Virus record (IMG/VR): IMGVR_UViG_3300042888_001941
Coordinates: 64,001 to 128,000 of that record
Reading direction: 5' to 3' (one strand)
DNA: 64,000 nucleotides
Source of the DNA: a virus
In this document: piece by piece, positions 39,451-48,874 of the stretch
How positions within the stretch are numbered: the stretch's first letter is position 1
Layout of the letters: each line of letters starts with the position of its first letter
Notes under the pieces: model-generated
Databases searched by the model: none
The model's input: the letters and a program-made list of their open reading frames with translations, nothing else
What the model was told of the DNA's origin: nothing
Program-made: the position numbers and the translations under genes

Positions 39451-40470
39451 TTATACCTTTCCACTGTATAGCTTTAATGATTCAGTCAATGTAATTGCTG
39501 CATCTCGTTTGGTTGGGATTGCGTTTAAGTACGCGCTCCTTTGATCTTTTGCTAGTTGCATTCTTTCTTCTTGCGACATATGCTCAATTGCAGATGCAAG
39601 CTGCATCCATGAACTTCCAATGAAGCCACTTTCACGCCAGTCAGTAGCAACTGGAGTTAGAGCATTGAGACACTGAACTATGCGGTATGTCCACCATGTT
39701 CCGTTCTGGTGAGGGCTAATCAAAGCTCCTGTGCCACGAGCAATTTGATCTGCTACCTTATCGTCTGCCCAACCTTTATTCCACTTCATAGGAACTGTAG
39801 GATTGGCAAGCATGGCAATGGTTGATTTAGTCCATGGAGAAGAAAAGTTTTCTACTACCCATTTATCAGTTCGTTCAGAGTCAGAAGGTTCTGGCTCTGT
39901 GATTAAGTACCTATCAAGGTTAATTCCTTTAAGACTATTTCGCGCTGGTTCATGCAGTTGCTCTTGAATGTTTTCCTGCGCGGTCCACGGTAGCGTTGGG
40001 TACAACGTAGTAGCCCACTCGTTCGTAAGAAGCGCGTCTACAGTCTCTAGGAGACTCTTTAAGACATCAGGAGCGTTAGCTTGCGTATAACCTTTGCGAT
40101 ATGAGTAAAAAGGCTTCACAAGGTTGTCTGGGTTCTTTTTAATGGCGCGTAGACTAGACACGATGCGCGTAGGCTCTGGCGCGTCAATATAGAAAGATAG
40201 ACGACTGTCACCGCGAAGTAAACCTATAACCTTAAGAGCTCCATAGGTTCTATTTGCACTAAGACTAGTGATAGGGCTTAATCCAACAAGAATTTTGTTA
40301 AAACTCTTTAGGTCATCAAGCGTCCAGGACATTTCAGGATCTGATTGAGTGACCTCGTGCCCTTGTTGAGTAAGCACGTGTACTAGCAAACTTGCAAACG
40401 ATAACGTGCGTTTGTTTGCGTCTGCTGATACGTGTGGAGCAGACATGCCAGTTATAAGAATTTTGCTCAT
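39451..40470 (-). CDS. GT-B glycosyltransferase, DNA beta-glucosyltransferase-like (paralogue 2)
   Basis: KILITG...L...GHEV...DLKSFNKILVGLSP..SL...FYID; C-terminal ALISP....WW..R; paralogous to 40467..41678. Confidence 0.6.
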   Translation of the reverse strand: MSKILITGMSAPHVSADANKRTLSFASLLVHVLTQQGHEVTQSDPEMSWTLDDLKSFNKILVGLSPITSLSANRTYGALKVIGLLRGDSRLSFYIDAPEPTRIVSSLRAIKKNPDNLVKPFYSYRKGYTQANAPDVLKSLLETVDALLTNEWATTLYPTLPWTAQENIQEQLHEPARNSLKGINLDRYLITEPEPSDSERTDKWVVENFSSPWTKSTIAMLANPTVPMKWNKGWADDKVADQIARGTGALISPHQNGTWWTYRIVQCLNALTPVATDWRESGFIGSSWMQLASAIEHMSQEERMQLAKDQRSAYLNAIPTKRDAAITLTESLKLYSGKV

Positions 40471-41678
40471 GCACGAGTCCCATCTGCGTTTAACGCAATA
40501 CCTTTGTCCTCACGAACGGCACGCTCAATGATGCGATTACAGTGCTCAACAAACGCTGAGTACTCAGGGATGTAAGGCTTAAGTGCTTCCTGTTGCGCAA
40601 TTGCCGCCGCAGCTAATTCAGCATCACTCATCTTCTCAACATCAGCAATTGTAAGCTTATAGGCGTCACCTAATGGATCACCTTCGCCCTTATCAGTAAC
40701 AAGAATAGACCCCACGTGCGCTGCGTATAGGAAACGACTACGCCACCAGCCAGAACCAGCGTGTGGGTAAGGTGGTGAAAGAATACCCCAGTGATTATTG
40801 TAGAACTCAAGTACGTCCTGCTCTGTGTCAAAGCGTTGGCCGCCAAGCTTCTTAATAAGTTTACGACTGCCTACAATTTCAACGGGCCACTCTAATGATT
40901 TACGTTCTAGCCAATTATCGTGCGGCATGAGAGCGCCAAGTACCCATGCACGCTTTTTATCAGCCGCAGGTTTTGCAATCACGGGCTGTAACGTAGGAAT
41001 GATAGTTGCTGTTGGGTCAAGAGCTTCAATAGGACCTAATTCATCAGGCATACGCTTGCGAACAATTGACCTATCACCAAATCCATACATAGGGCATACT
41101 GGAACCATGCCAGCTTCCCATCGCTTATCTACAAGATCAGTTGCTGCTTGAACAAGACGCTTTTCCCATGGTTTAATGTTTTCATCGTTGTCCATCATGT
41201 AATAACGTTCGATGTAGCACTTTTTCGCCGCCGCAGGGTTAACCTCACGGATTCTTTCAAGTGCAGCTTCAATGTCTGCGCGACTAAAGTAAGTTGCGCC
41301 TTCTTCACCGCGATGTTCAGTTCCTACAAGCAGATGCTTATACAACATCGCAGGTTTACGAATTAGCGCACGTGCTCCGTTGAATACAGTATTAAACTGC
41401 CAATCATCAAAGAAACCAACACAAGGAATGCCAGATGACAAAGCGTAGAGTGCACCCATCGCACCTTGGCGACCATTTAATGAGTTAAGGGGTGCAAGAT
41501 TGATCCACAGTACGTCATAAGATGACAGGTCTTCGCCAGGTGTAATCTTGCGCCAGTCAACATCGTGACCAGACTCACGCAATGCCCGAGCAATAGACGC
41601 AGGTACGTCAATCTTTTGAATAGTTCTTTTTTCTGTGTTTATCTGCAAAGCAGTAAACCCACTCATTAGAACTTTCAT
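40467..41678 (-). CDS. GT-B glycosyltransferase, DNA beta-glucosyltransferase-like (paralogue 1)
   Basis: DLSSYDVLWINLAPLNSLNG and GFFDDWQF resemble T4 BGT DVNDYDRLIVVNSSINFFGG and YLFTDIRL (recalled); ILSPPY...GWWRSR. Confidence 0.62.
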   Translation of the reverse strand: MKVLMSGFTALQINTEKRTIQKIDVPASIARALRESGHDVDWRKITPGEDLSSYDVLWINLAPLNSLNGRQGAMGALYALSSGIPCVGFFDDWQFNTVFNGARALIRKPAMLYKHLLVGTEHRGEEGATYFSRADIEAALERIREVNPAAAKKCYIERYYMMDNDENIKPWEKRLVQAATDLVDKRWEAGMVPVCPMYGFGDRSIVRKRMPDELGPIEALDPTATIIPTLQPVIAKPAADKKRAWVLGALMPHDNWLERKSLEWPVEIVGSRKLIKKLGGQRFDTEQDVLEFYNNHWGILSPPYPHAGSGWWRSRFLYAAHVGSILVTDKGEGDPLGDAYKLTIADVEKMSDAELAAAAIAQQEALKPYIPEYSAFVEHCNRIIERAVREDKGIALNADGTRA

Positions 41679-41709
41679 ACTACCTCCTTGTGGTTAAGTA
41701 CATTTGGAA

Positions 41710-41740
41710 CACCGTCTGAACTTTACCAGGACAGACGGCG
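41710..41740 (-). terminator. Hairpin after the SSB gene, possible terminator or processing site
   Basis: CGCCGTCTG-N13-CAGACGGTG; weak U-tract. Confidence 0.4.
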
Positions 41741-41757
41741 AACCAGACGCACTTAAA

Positions 41758-42324
41758 TTAGAACGGTGCTGCCGGTGGAGCCGCTGCTACAGCAGGTGCT
41801 GCTTCAGGGGCTGGTGCGGGTACTGCCTCAGCAACAGGTGCAGGTGCTGGAGCTGGTGCAGGTGCTGGTGCAGGTGCTGGTGCAGCAGCTGCAACTGGTG
41901 CACCTGGTGCAGGTATTGCAGATGTGTAGTAGTTCTTGATTTCGTTCTTCTTCTGACCCTGCCAGGTGCGAGAAGTAACAGCCGCACGGAATGCACGACC
42001 ACGAATCGCTTGCTCAATCTGAGCGTTTGATGGGTTAGTTGCGAAGAACTCGCGACCAAGACCAAGTGCCATCATCTTACGGAAGAACATTCCGAGAGCT
42101 GCGTTGTTGTCTGGTGTAACTACGAGGTTGTCCCAGATAAGTCGCTTTGCGTGCGCGCCATTTTGAACCTGTGCCTTAATAGCGAACATTGTTTTGCCAG
42201 ACTGTGAAGTCTTAGCAGTTGCTTCCACGATGACTAAATCATAGTCACCGTCTGGAAGTGGATCGTAGCCAGTTGATACTTCACCAGCTTCTTTGACGAG
42301 ATCTCCCCAATTGAGTGTACTCAT
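41758..42324 (-). CDS. DUF669-type single-stranded DNA-binding protein
   Basis: YDPLPDGDY...S.SGK.M...G....R.IWDN...KNEIK; Pro/Ala tail ending PF. Confidence 0.75.
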   Translation of the reverse strand: MSTLNWGDLVKEAGEVSTGYDPLPDGDYDLVIVEATAKTSQSGKTMFAIKAQVQNGAHAKRLIWDNLVVTPDNNAALGMFFRKMMALGLGREFFATNPSNAQIEQAIRGRAFRAAVTSRTWQGQKKNEIKNYYTSAIPAPGAPVAAAAPAPAPAPAPAPAPAPVAEAVPAPAPEAAPAVAAAPPAAPF

Positions 42325-42330
42325 AGCGGG

Positions 42331-43101
42331 TTAGTTTCCTTTCGTAGTTGGAGTTGCTTGTGCTTTTGGTCCGAAAATCATGTCGAGCATGCGTTCGATT
42401 CCAAGGTCTTGCTGTTCAACGATCTTTCCAAGTCGACCTTGTACTCGCTCGCCTGCTTCGTACTCGTCTGTACGTTCTACATACATACGTCTTGCCTTGA
42501 ACGGTGGTTGCAGTGGATCTGGATTTGGATGTGTCTCCACTGTAATTGCGCCAAGAATGTCGTAGAAGTATGGTGCTTGAATTGCAAGCTGACCCTGTAG
42601 GTACGGACGTGAACGACCGTCTGCTCCAGGACGAGCCATAGCAGTTAGCACAACAGCTTCTAGAGGTTGTGTAGGGTGCATTGTAAGGTCACGTAGGTCA
42701 CGCAATAGCGCACCCATATGACGAAGCAATTCGCCCCATTGTTGCATCTTCATTTGTTCAGTACCTGCAATTGAATCCATGCACTTCACTTGAAGTTCAG
42801 AGATAGAGTCAATGATGAGTGACTTGAACTGATGCTTTCCAGTTTGTAACCACTGGAATGTTTTAAGAACAACATCGTAGTCGCGAACGTTCACGACAAC
42901 TGTGTCCCAGGTGCCATCGGCAACTGGAGGTTCTTCTCGAATTGGATCCCAATACTTTACGGTGATAGGTAGGAAACGATGCCCACCTTCAACGTCAAGC
43001 ATGAGACGTGGATATGGTGCTGTCACCGCAAAGGTTGATTTTCCAACCTTTGACTCGCCATACACCATGATAGTGACCGAACGTTGTACTTCAGACATCA
43101 C
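42331..43101 (-). CDS. Sak4-like AAA ATPase (ssDNA annealing/recombination)
   Basis: YGESKVGKST, LD.EGG, IIDSISE. Confidence 0.8.
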   Translation of the reverse strand: MMSEVQRSVTIMVYGESKVGKSTFAVTAPYPRLMLDVEGGHRFLPITVKYWDPIREEPPVADGTWDTVVVNVRDYDVVLKTFQWLQTGKHQFKSLIIDSISELQVKCMDSIAGTEQMKMQQWGELLRHMGALLRDLRDLTMHPTQPLEAVVLTAMARPGADGRSRPYLQGQLAIQAPYFYDILGAITVETHPNPDPLQPPFKARRMYVERTDEYEAGERVQGRLGKIVEQQDLGIERMLDMIFGPKAQATPTTKGN

Positions 43102-43140
43102 TGCTTCCTTTCATCTTTTTGTTTGTTTGCTTTTGTAACA

Positions 43141-44073
43141 TTATGCATTTCCTTTTTTCTCTTCCGTAGACTTGTAATAGTCGTACGGATCAGCGGACTG
43201 GAAGGCGTCTTCAATTGCAGCCTCAGCGGCAGACCCATCATCAAACATAGGACAGATGCTGAAGAATGAGCATTTCCACTTGCAATCACGCGTTGCGTGT
43301 GGGTAGGCAATAAATCTATGATCTCCGCCTTCGTCAAGGTACTTGCGAGTATTCATCATGTCGGTAAGTACTCCGTGAATACGCTGCCAGAATGAGCGCA
43401 AGGCAAACACGTTGTGACGTACTTCCATCTGCTCATAGAAGGGAGGACGCGCATTTGCAGAGCGCTTTACCTTCTTGAGCATAGTAAAGATTCCACCCTC
43501 AGAGCGTTCACCTTCTTTGTTCTGCGCTGTCTCGAGCATCATATAGGTAAGAATCTGTTCGTTCATGTGCGCCATAGACGCAAAGTCAGTAAACGAACCA
43601 CCGACTGTCTTGAAGTCGCGGAACATACGCACACCGTCAGCCTTACGACGAACACGCATATCAATCTTGCCTTGCAGAATAACACTGTCGTCCATAAGAG
43701 GCATTTCAATAATTTCTTCAGTAGAAATCATTTCTAATTCAGCATCAATGCCGTTCTCTTCAACCCACTGTATGTACCCATCAAGCATGATGCGCCCAAG
43801 TTCAGCCTCGGACTCAAGGTCATAGGTATCACGGTAGCTTTCAATAAGCTTTTGCTTATCAATTTCAACAAGTTGTGAGTGCGCCTCAAGCAAAGGTATG
43901 TTCTTTGAGTAGTACATATCTAGAGCTTCGTGAACGCGTGAACCAAGCGCAAGTGCGCCTGTCATCTGTTGCGTCTTAGGTTGTAAGCGACGGTAATAAC
44001 TCAACCACCATCTCCTACGACAATCTTTGAAGGTTTGGATCTCTGAGTTAGAGATTCGTATAGGTTGGGTCAT
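43141..44073 (-). CDS. PD-(D/E)XK (RecB/Cas4-like) exonuclease
   Basis: SNSEI..FKDC.RRW, G..VH.AL, GKID, DFKT, CKWKC.F..IC. Confidence 0.85.
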   Translation of the reverse strand: MTQPIRISNSEIQTFKDCRRRWWLSYYRRLQPKTQQMTGALALGSRVHEALDMYYSKNIPLLEAHSQLVEIDKQKLIESYRDTYDLESEAELGRIMLDGYIQWVEENGIDAELEMISTEEIIEMPLMDDSVILQGKIDMRVRRKADGVRMFRDFKTVGGSFTDFASMAHMNEQILTYMMLETAQNKEGERSEGGIFTMLKKVKRSANARPPFYEQMEVRHNVFALRSFWQRIHGVLTDMMNTRKYLDEGGDHRFIAYPHATRDCKWKCSFFSICPMFDDGSAAEAAIEDAFQSADPYDYYKSTEEKKGNA

Positions 44074-45875
44074 AGTTTTCCTGCCTTATCGTCCTTGAGT
44101 AGTGATAGAAGCTTTTCTTTATCGCGAACAATTTGTTCAAAGTTATCAGCCTTAGTTTCGAGAACCTGAATAACACGTTCCTCAATAGTTCCATCAGTTA
44201 CATAGTCTGTAACGATAATTGAGTCGTGAATTTCAGATCCAATTCTATGAACACGGTCAAGTGCTTGGCGATGATCAACTAGTGACCAAGGACGCTGCAG
44301 CATGATAAGACGACGAGCTGCAGTCAGTGTAATGCCAACACCGCCAGCCTGTGCTGTAAATAGAATCCATTTAATCTTGCCAGATTGAAAGTCGTCAACC
44401 GCTTGTTGGCGCTCATCTTCATCCTGCATTCCAGTGATGAGACCGTGCTCAATCTTTTCCTTAGTAAGCTCAGCGCTTAGCAAGTAAATTAGTTGACGTG
44501 ATACTGCGCAAACGGCAACGGAGTCATCACCAAAGTCTCCAGCCTTCATGTCGTCAATAACTGCATCTACCTTTGCAGATGGCGCAATAAGTGATGTTGT
44601 GATTTCGCCCGTCTCTTCATCTACAGCCATTTCAGCGTATGAACTAGCGAACTGCAGTAGTCGAATAGTCTGAGTTAGCGGACTTGGAGCTGTTATAGCG
44701 TCGCCGTCTTCTAACTCGGCAATCATAAGATCGCGCATCTGGTTGTAAGCCTTTTGCTGTTTAGTGCTCATCTCAACATCGCGACGTTCAAACATCATTT
44801 CTGGGAGCCAAGGAAGTACCTTTGCCTTTAGCATACGACGCATTCTTGGGTTAAGTCCTTGATAGAACTCTTGTTCCATATGAGGCTTGATGCCTAGAAC
44901 CATCATGCCGCCAAAGGCATTCAGCATAGTGTTAACCATGCGTTCAATCCAACGTGTCTTGCTTGGCCACTCTTCAGGGCTAATCCAGTGAAGGATTGCC
45001 CATAGGTCAAGCACATTGTTTGCAATAGGTGTACCAGTTAGCGCGTAACGAATATCAGCATTTCCAGTTGCAGCCCATAGCGCACGTGTCTGCTTAGATT
45101 TTGGCTCCTTAGAGCGGTGAATTTCATCTGCAATTACTGCCCTAAAGTCGATCTTGTTAAGTTCTCGTATGTGAACCTCGCAACGATTCTCTGTAACCTT
45201 CTCATCGTGGCCGCCGCAGTCCTTGCAACGAGCAAGCGCAACTGACCCATAGGACGCTAATCGTGAGTGAGTGCGCAGTGATTCCCAGTTGATAACATAG
45301 ATATCTGCATCTTCCTCGAACTGTTTACGGCGTTGAGCAGTAGATCCTTTGATAACCACCACCTTGCGACCTGGCCACCATCTGTCAAACTCACGCTTCC
45401 AGTTTTTCTTTAATGTATTAGGGCACACAATAAGCGCTGGGAAGATTTCTTCACCGCCATCTTGTAACCATTTAAGCGCACGAATTGCTTGAGCTGTTTT
45501 ACCTAAACCAGGTTCATCTGCAAGTAAAGCTCTACGGGCTGTTGCTAGAAACTTGACGCCCGCGCGTTGATGAGGGAACAGGTCCTCGTTGCCCTCTTCC
45601 AGGGCCTCGAGTTCACGAAGTTCGTTCGCTGGGGTAATACGTGTCGCCAATTCATTGGCCGCCCAGGACCCTAATCTAGGTCCTATAGTAAGGTCAGTTT
45701 TGAAGGTAGAACGTAGCGCTAGGCATGTTGCCCAACTTGTAGGCACGGACCACAACTGCGCACCTGGGTCCCATTTAGCTCCAGGTATAGATTTGCAAAG
45801 TTCCTTAAAGCGCCACTCTGCATTTATAACTATGCGCTTGTTTGATTCGTCAAGCTCTACGGCTACTGCCACCAA
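44070..45875 (-). CDS. SNF2-family helicase
   Basis: LADEPGLGKT, DEIH, LTGTP, QALDRVHRIG; true start may be the GTG at 45872. Confidence 0.9.
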   Translation of the reverse strand: MVAVAVELDESNKRIVINAEWRFKELCKSIPGAKWDPGAQLWSVPTSWATCLALRSTFKTDLTIGPRLGSWAANELATRITPANELRELEALEEGNEDLFPHQRAGVKFLATARRALLADEPGLGKTAQAIRALKWLQDGGEEIFPALIVCPNTLKKNWKREFDRWWPGRKVVVIKGSTAQRRKQFEEDADIYVINWESLRTHSRLASYGSVALARCKDCGGHDEKVTENRCEVHIRELNKIDFRAVIADEIHRSKEPKSKQTRALWAATGNADIRYALTGTPIANNVLDLWAILHWISPEEWPSKTRWIERMVNTMLNAFGGMMVLGIKPHMEQEFYQGLNPRMRRMLKAKVLPWLPEMMFERRDVEMSTKQQKAYNQMRDLMIAELEDGDAITAPSPLTQTIRLLQFASSYAEMAVDEETGEITTSLIAPSAKVDAVIDDMKAGDFGDDSVAVCAVSRQLIYLLSAELTKEKIEHGLITGMQDEDERQQAVDDFQSGKIKWILFTAQAGGVGITLTAARRLIMLQRPWSLVDHRQALDRVHRIGSEIHDSIIVTDYVTDGTIEERVIQVLETKADNFEQIVRDKEKLLSLLKDDKAGKL

Positions 45876-45954
45876 TCAATCCTTTCGTCGTTATGTATAC
45901 ATACTAACACGCTTTTACAAAAAAGAAACTACATTTTGACCTAGTAAGTGGTTT

Positions 45955-46407
45955 TTATTGAAGTAGGCGTAATGGCTTCCAACCTACCTTTACACAGCGG
46001 AGTAGCCCATGGCGTATCGCATCAAGTGCGTGGCCTTCGCCACCACGGTGCCAATACTCTAGTTTCTTTAGTTTTGGATTATCAAACATTGCCTTAGCGT
46101 CTGCAGGAGATTGAAAGTAGATGTCATCTGCCTTTCTCCCTGCGTCCATAAGACACTGCTTGAGAATACCAATCTGCTCCAGTGAGTAAGGCGCCTGTGA
46201 GTTTTTTACCGTCTGCATGTTGATGGTAAATCTTTCACAGACAACCTCAGCCTCAGGATAAAGACTTAGTGTTTCACGAATAGGTTTGGCGTACTCGTCT
46301 TGCTGGTATTCTCCAGACCAAAGCATCACTGGCTCTTGCCCTTGCTCAAGCGAGAACAAAGCCATTCCTGTCGCCTTACCTGGGTCTACTGATAGTACGT
46401 ATTTCAT
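45955..46407 (-). CDS. RuvC-like Holliday-junction resolvase
   Basis: SVDPGKATG, VVCE, HALDAIRH. Confidence 0.7.
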   Translation of the reverse strand: MKYVLSVDPGKATGMALFSLEQGQEPVMLWSGEYQQDEYAKPIRETLSLYPEAEVVCERFTINMQTVKNSQAPYSLEQIGILKQCLMDAGRKADDIYFQSPADAKAMFDNPKLKKLEYWHRGGEGHALDAIRHGLLRCVKVGWKPLRLLQ

Positions 46408-48230
46408 CGGTATTTTTCGCCCCAGTTCTCCATAGGTCCGTCGATTCCAGATGTAAGTGGGACTTCCCAGCCTTCTCTAGTAGTCATGCATTCTTGCACA
46501 ACCTTCATAATCTCTTGCGCGTCCTTACGCGGAGCATTCAACACAATTTCGTCGTGTACAGGAACGATAAGAAGTTCGGTTAAATCTGCCTGGTCGAGTT
46601 TAATCAAATTAGACTTAAAGACTTCAGCCGCGCCTCCTTGAATTAAGTAATTCACAAGCGTGTAAGCTCTATCTTCATCGCAAGGAAGCCTACGGCCTGT
46701 CCATGTGTAGACGTATCCTTGTCCTTCTTGCCTAAAACGTCTAACGCCTGCGTCTTCAATTTGCTTTTGGAAGAACGCCATTCCAGGGAATCTCATATCA
46801 AACGCATCTGATACCGTGCGCATCTGAGGCTCAGCAACGCCTGCAGTTAACGCTTGCTTTGCAACGCCTGCGCCATAGAGTCGTCCGTAGACAGTTCCTT
46901 TAATAAGATTACGGCGCTTATCTGAGCGCTGCATCGTTGGGTCATTGTAGATCTCGCGTCCAATCTCGGTAAACGGATCTGAGCCTGTAGCATCTGCGCG
47001 ATTAAACAACGTGATGAGATTCTGGTCACCAGACAGAGATGCGAACATACGGAACTCAACCTGGTCAAGGTCCGAGGTAATAATGACGTGGTCTTCATCC
47101 TTAGGTATAAACGCTGTGCGAACAGTGTCATCACCCTTAGGCAGTGTCTGCAGCGCTGGGTTTTGTATAGACATACGTGACGTACGAGCGCCAAGAGTCT
47201 TGACAGATGGGTGAACAAACCCATTCACATTGTCGTTAATAAAGTTAGCAAAGTAGGTATTGGCAAGTTTATCTGCCTTACGCTGCTTAAGAACAACCTC
47301 GGCTAGAGCCTTTACCTCATCATTTCCTGTAATTGAAAGTAACTTAAGTTGATCCTTAGATGCAGACTTCTGTCCTGAAGGTGTAAATTCAAAGATCTCT
47401 CCGCCAAGAGATTCAAACAACCGCACCAATTGAATGTTACTTGAGATTGATACGCCGTTATACTTTTCCTTTGCCCAGCCTTTAACAGACTCAGCATAGG
47501 CGGTTAGCTCATCAAACTTACGCTTAGAGTAATCTAGGTCAATACGAGCGCCATTGATTTCCATACGAGTAACAATGCGGCGTGCTGCCATTTCCAATTC
47601 ATACGCCTTGTTGTACGGTCCTCCTGGGCCACACTTTTCCCAGAACATTTCCCACAGACGCATTGTAAGAACGCAGTCGAGTGCGCCGTACGCCCAGTAC
47701 GGTTGGAAGTTAGTAGGAACAGTTCCCCACGTCCAGCCATTTTCAATAAGTGAAATATCAAGTGATTCCTGCAATGCAACTGCACGACCATCAACGTGTA
47801 ATGCAGCAAGACGTTTTAGCGCCCCAGACCCAAGCGGATCAATGATGTGCGCCATAATCATAGTGTCATGCGCACGGTGCCAAGGCAGTTTCCAATCTGA
47901 CTGAATATCAAACCAGCGAGCTTCAAACGCAATGTTGTGGCAGACTATAGGTCCATCAAAGCGCTCCATTGCCTCATAGAACACGCCTTTCCACTGGTCC
48001 CATGGAATCGACCAACCTTGCTCTGCATCGCCCACCTGGACCAAACGTAGGCGTCCATGCCATGGTGATAGCGCATGGTCACGTGGGTTACCAGGCAACT
48101 CACCAGTTTCAGTGTCGATTGCGATAGCGTTATGTGGACGGCGTTGGCCAATCCACTCAAGAAACGCTTGAGCTTTTTCAACGCTGTCAACAAGGTGAAG
48201 TTGAACGTCCTGCATGCCTTTAGTTGTCAT
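46404..48230 (-). CDS. polA: Family A DNA polymerase (3'-5' exonuclease plus polymerase)
   Basis: IDTET, HN..FE, YGALD; motif A DLDQVEFR, motif B RRNLIKGTVYGRLYG, motif C VHDE. Confidence 0.93.
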   Translation of the reverse strand: MTTKGMQDVQLHLVDSVEKAQAFLEWIGQRRPHNAIAIDTETGELPGNPRDHALSPWHGRLRLVQVGDAEQGWSIPWDQWKGVFYEAMERFDGPIVCHNIAFEARWFDIQSDWKLPWHRAHDTMIMAHIIDPLGSGALKRLAALHVDGRAVALQESLDISLIENGWTWGTVPTNFQPYWAYGALDCVLTMRLWEMFWEKCGPGGPYNKAYELEMAARRIVTRMEINGARIDLDYSKRKFDELTAYAESVKGWAKEKYNGVSISSNIQLVRLFESLGGEIFEFTPSGQKSASKDQLKLLSITGNDEVKALAEVVLKQRKADKLANTYFANFINDNVNGFVHPSVKTLGARTSRMSIQNPALQTLPKGDDTVRTAFIPKDEDHVIITSDLDQVEFRMFASLSGDQNLITLFNRADATGSDPFTEIGREIYNDPTMQRSDKRRNLIKGTVYGRLYGAGVAKQALTAGVAEPQMRTVSDAFDMRFPGMAFFQKQIEDAGVRRFRQEGQGYVYTWTGRRLPCDEDRAYTLVNYLIQGGAAEVFKSNLIKLDQADLTELLIVPVHDEIVLNAPRKDAQEIMKVVQECMTTREGWEVPLTSGIDGPMENWGEKYR

Positions 48231-48699
48231 TCAAGTCCTTAAATATCGTTACATCAATTTCACATTTGGCGAAATACTCAACTGTGGCCTCTGGGTTTCT
48301 ATGAGCTGCAATCGTGCTAACACGCATAACAACTTTAGATACTCCAGAGTTAGAAATCAGCTTTGCGCATTGAATGCACGCTGCGTCGGTAATATACACT
48401 GTCCCGCCCTCAACTCGTGAGCGATCTACGTAGAGAAGCGCATTTGCCTCTGCATGAATAGATGGGCAAGAATCGTAAACGTTATCCAGAGGAGTTTCAC
48501 CGCGAGCACGAGCGCACCAGTTCATGCACTCGCCTTCCGCAGGAAACGTAGCAGCAGGACCGTTGTATCCCGTTGAGCTAATACGTTGATCCTTTGAGAC
48601 TACAACCGCACCTATTTGAGCGCGGCTACAACGAGATCTAAGAGCTACTGTATCTGCGACAGTCATCCACACCTCGTCCCATGATGGACGATTACTCAT
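48220..48699 (-). CDS. dCMP deaminase
   Basis: RS.C.R..IGA, GYNG, HAE.NA, C-x2-C (ACIQC). Confidence 0.88.
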   Translation of the reverse strand: MSNRPSWDEVWMTVADTVALRSRCSRAQIGAVVVSKDQRISSTGYNGPAATFPAEGECMNWCARARGETPLDNVYDSCPSIHAEANALLYVDRSRVEGGTVYITDAACIQCAKLISNSGVSKVVMRVSTIAAHRNPEATVEYFAKCEIDVTIFKDLNDN

Positions 48700-48874
48700 T
48701 CATACCTCGAAACAGCGAGTGCTTCATTGCCTCGGAGACAAGAAACATAGCTTCCCTACGAGAAAATCCAGCAGTCTTTAACTCTTCATACATAACGTGA
48801 AGAGTAATGGAAGCCTCACGTAAAGGAGAAAGATAGAGTTCTTCTGCCTTTTCATGTTCTTCCTTACTTGCCAT
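48692..48874 (-). CDS. Hypothetical protein
   Basis: ATG at 48874 after GAGGAG; LH.MYEEL..AGFSR.EA. Confidence 0.6.
   Translation of the reverse strand: MASKEEHEKAEELYLSPLREASITLHVMYEELKTAGFSRREAMFLVSEAMKHSLFRGMNE

Noticed and set aside
43098-43337. 79-aa minus-strand ORF between the exonuclease and the AAA ATPase
   Set aside because: Mostly overlaps the exonuclease C-terminus in another frame and has no recognisable motif
43141-44073. Cas4-like nuclease as part of a CRISPR-Cas system
   Set aside because: It lies in the usual exonuclease-Sak4-SSB recombination module; no other cas genes or array
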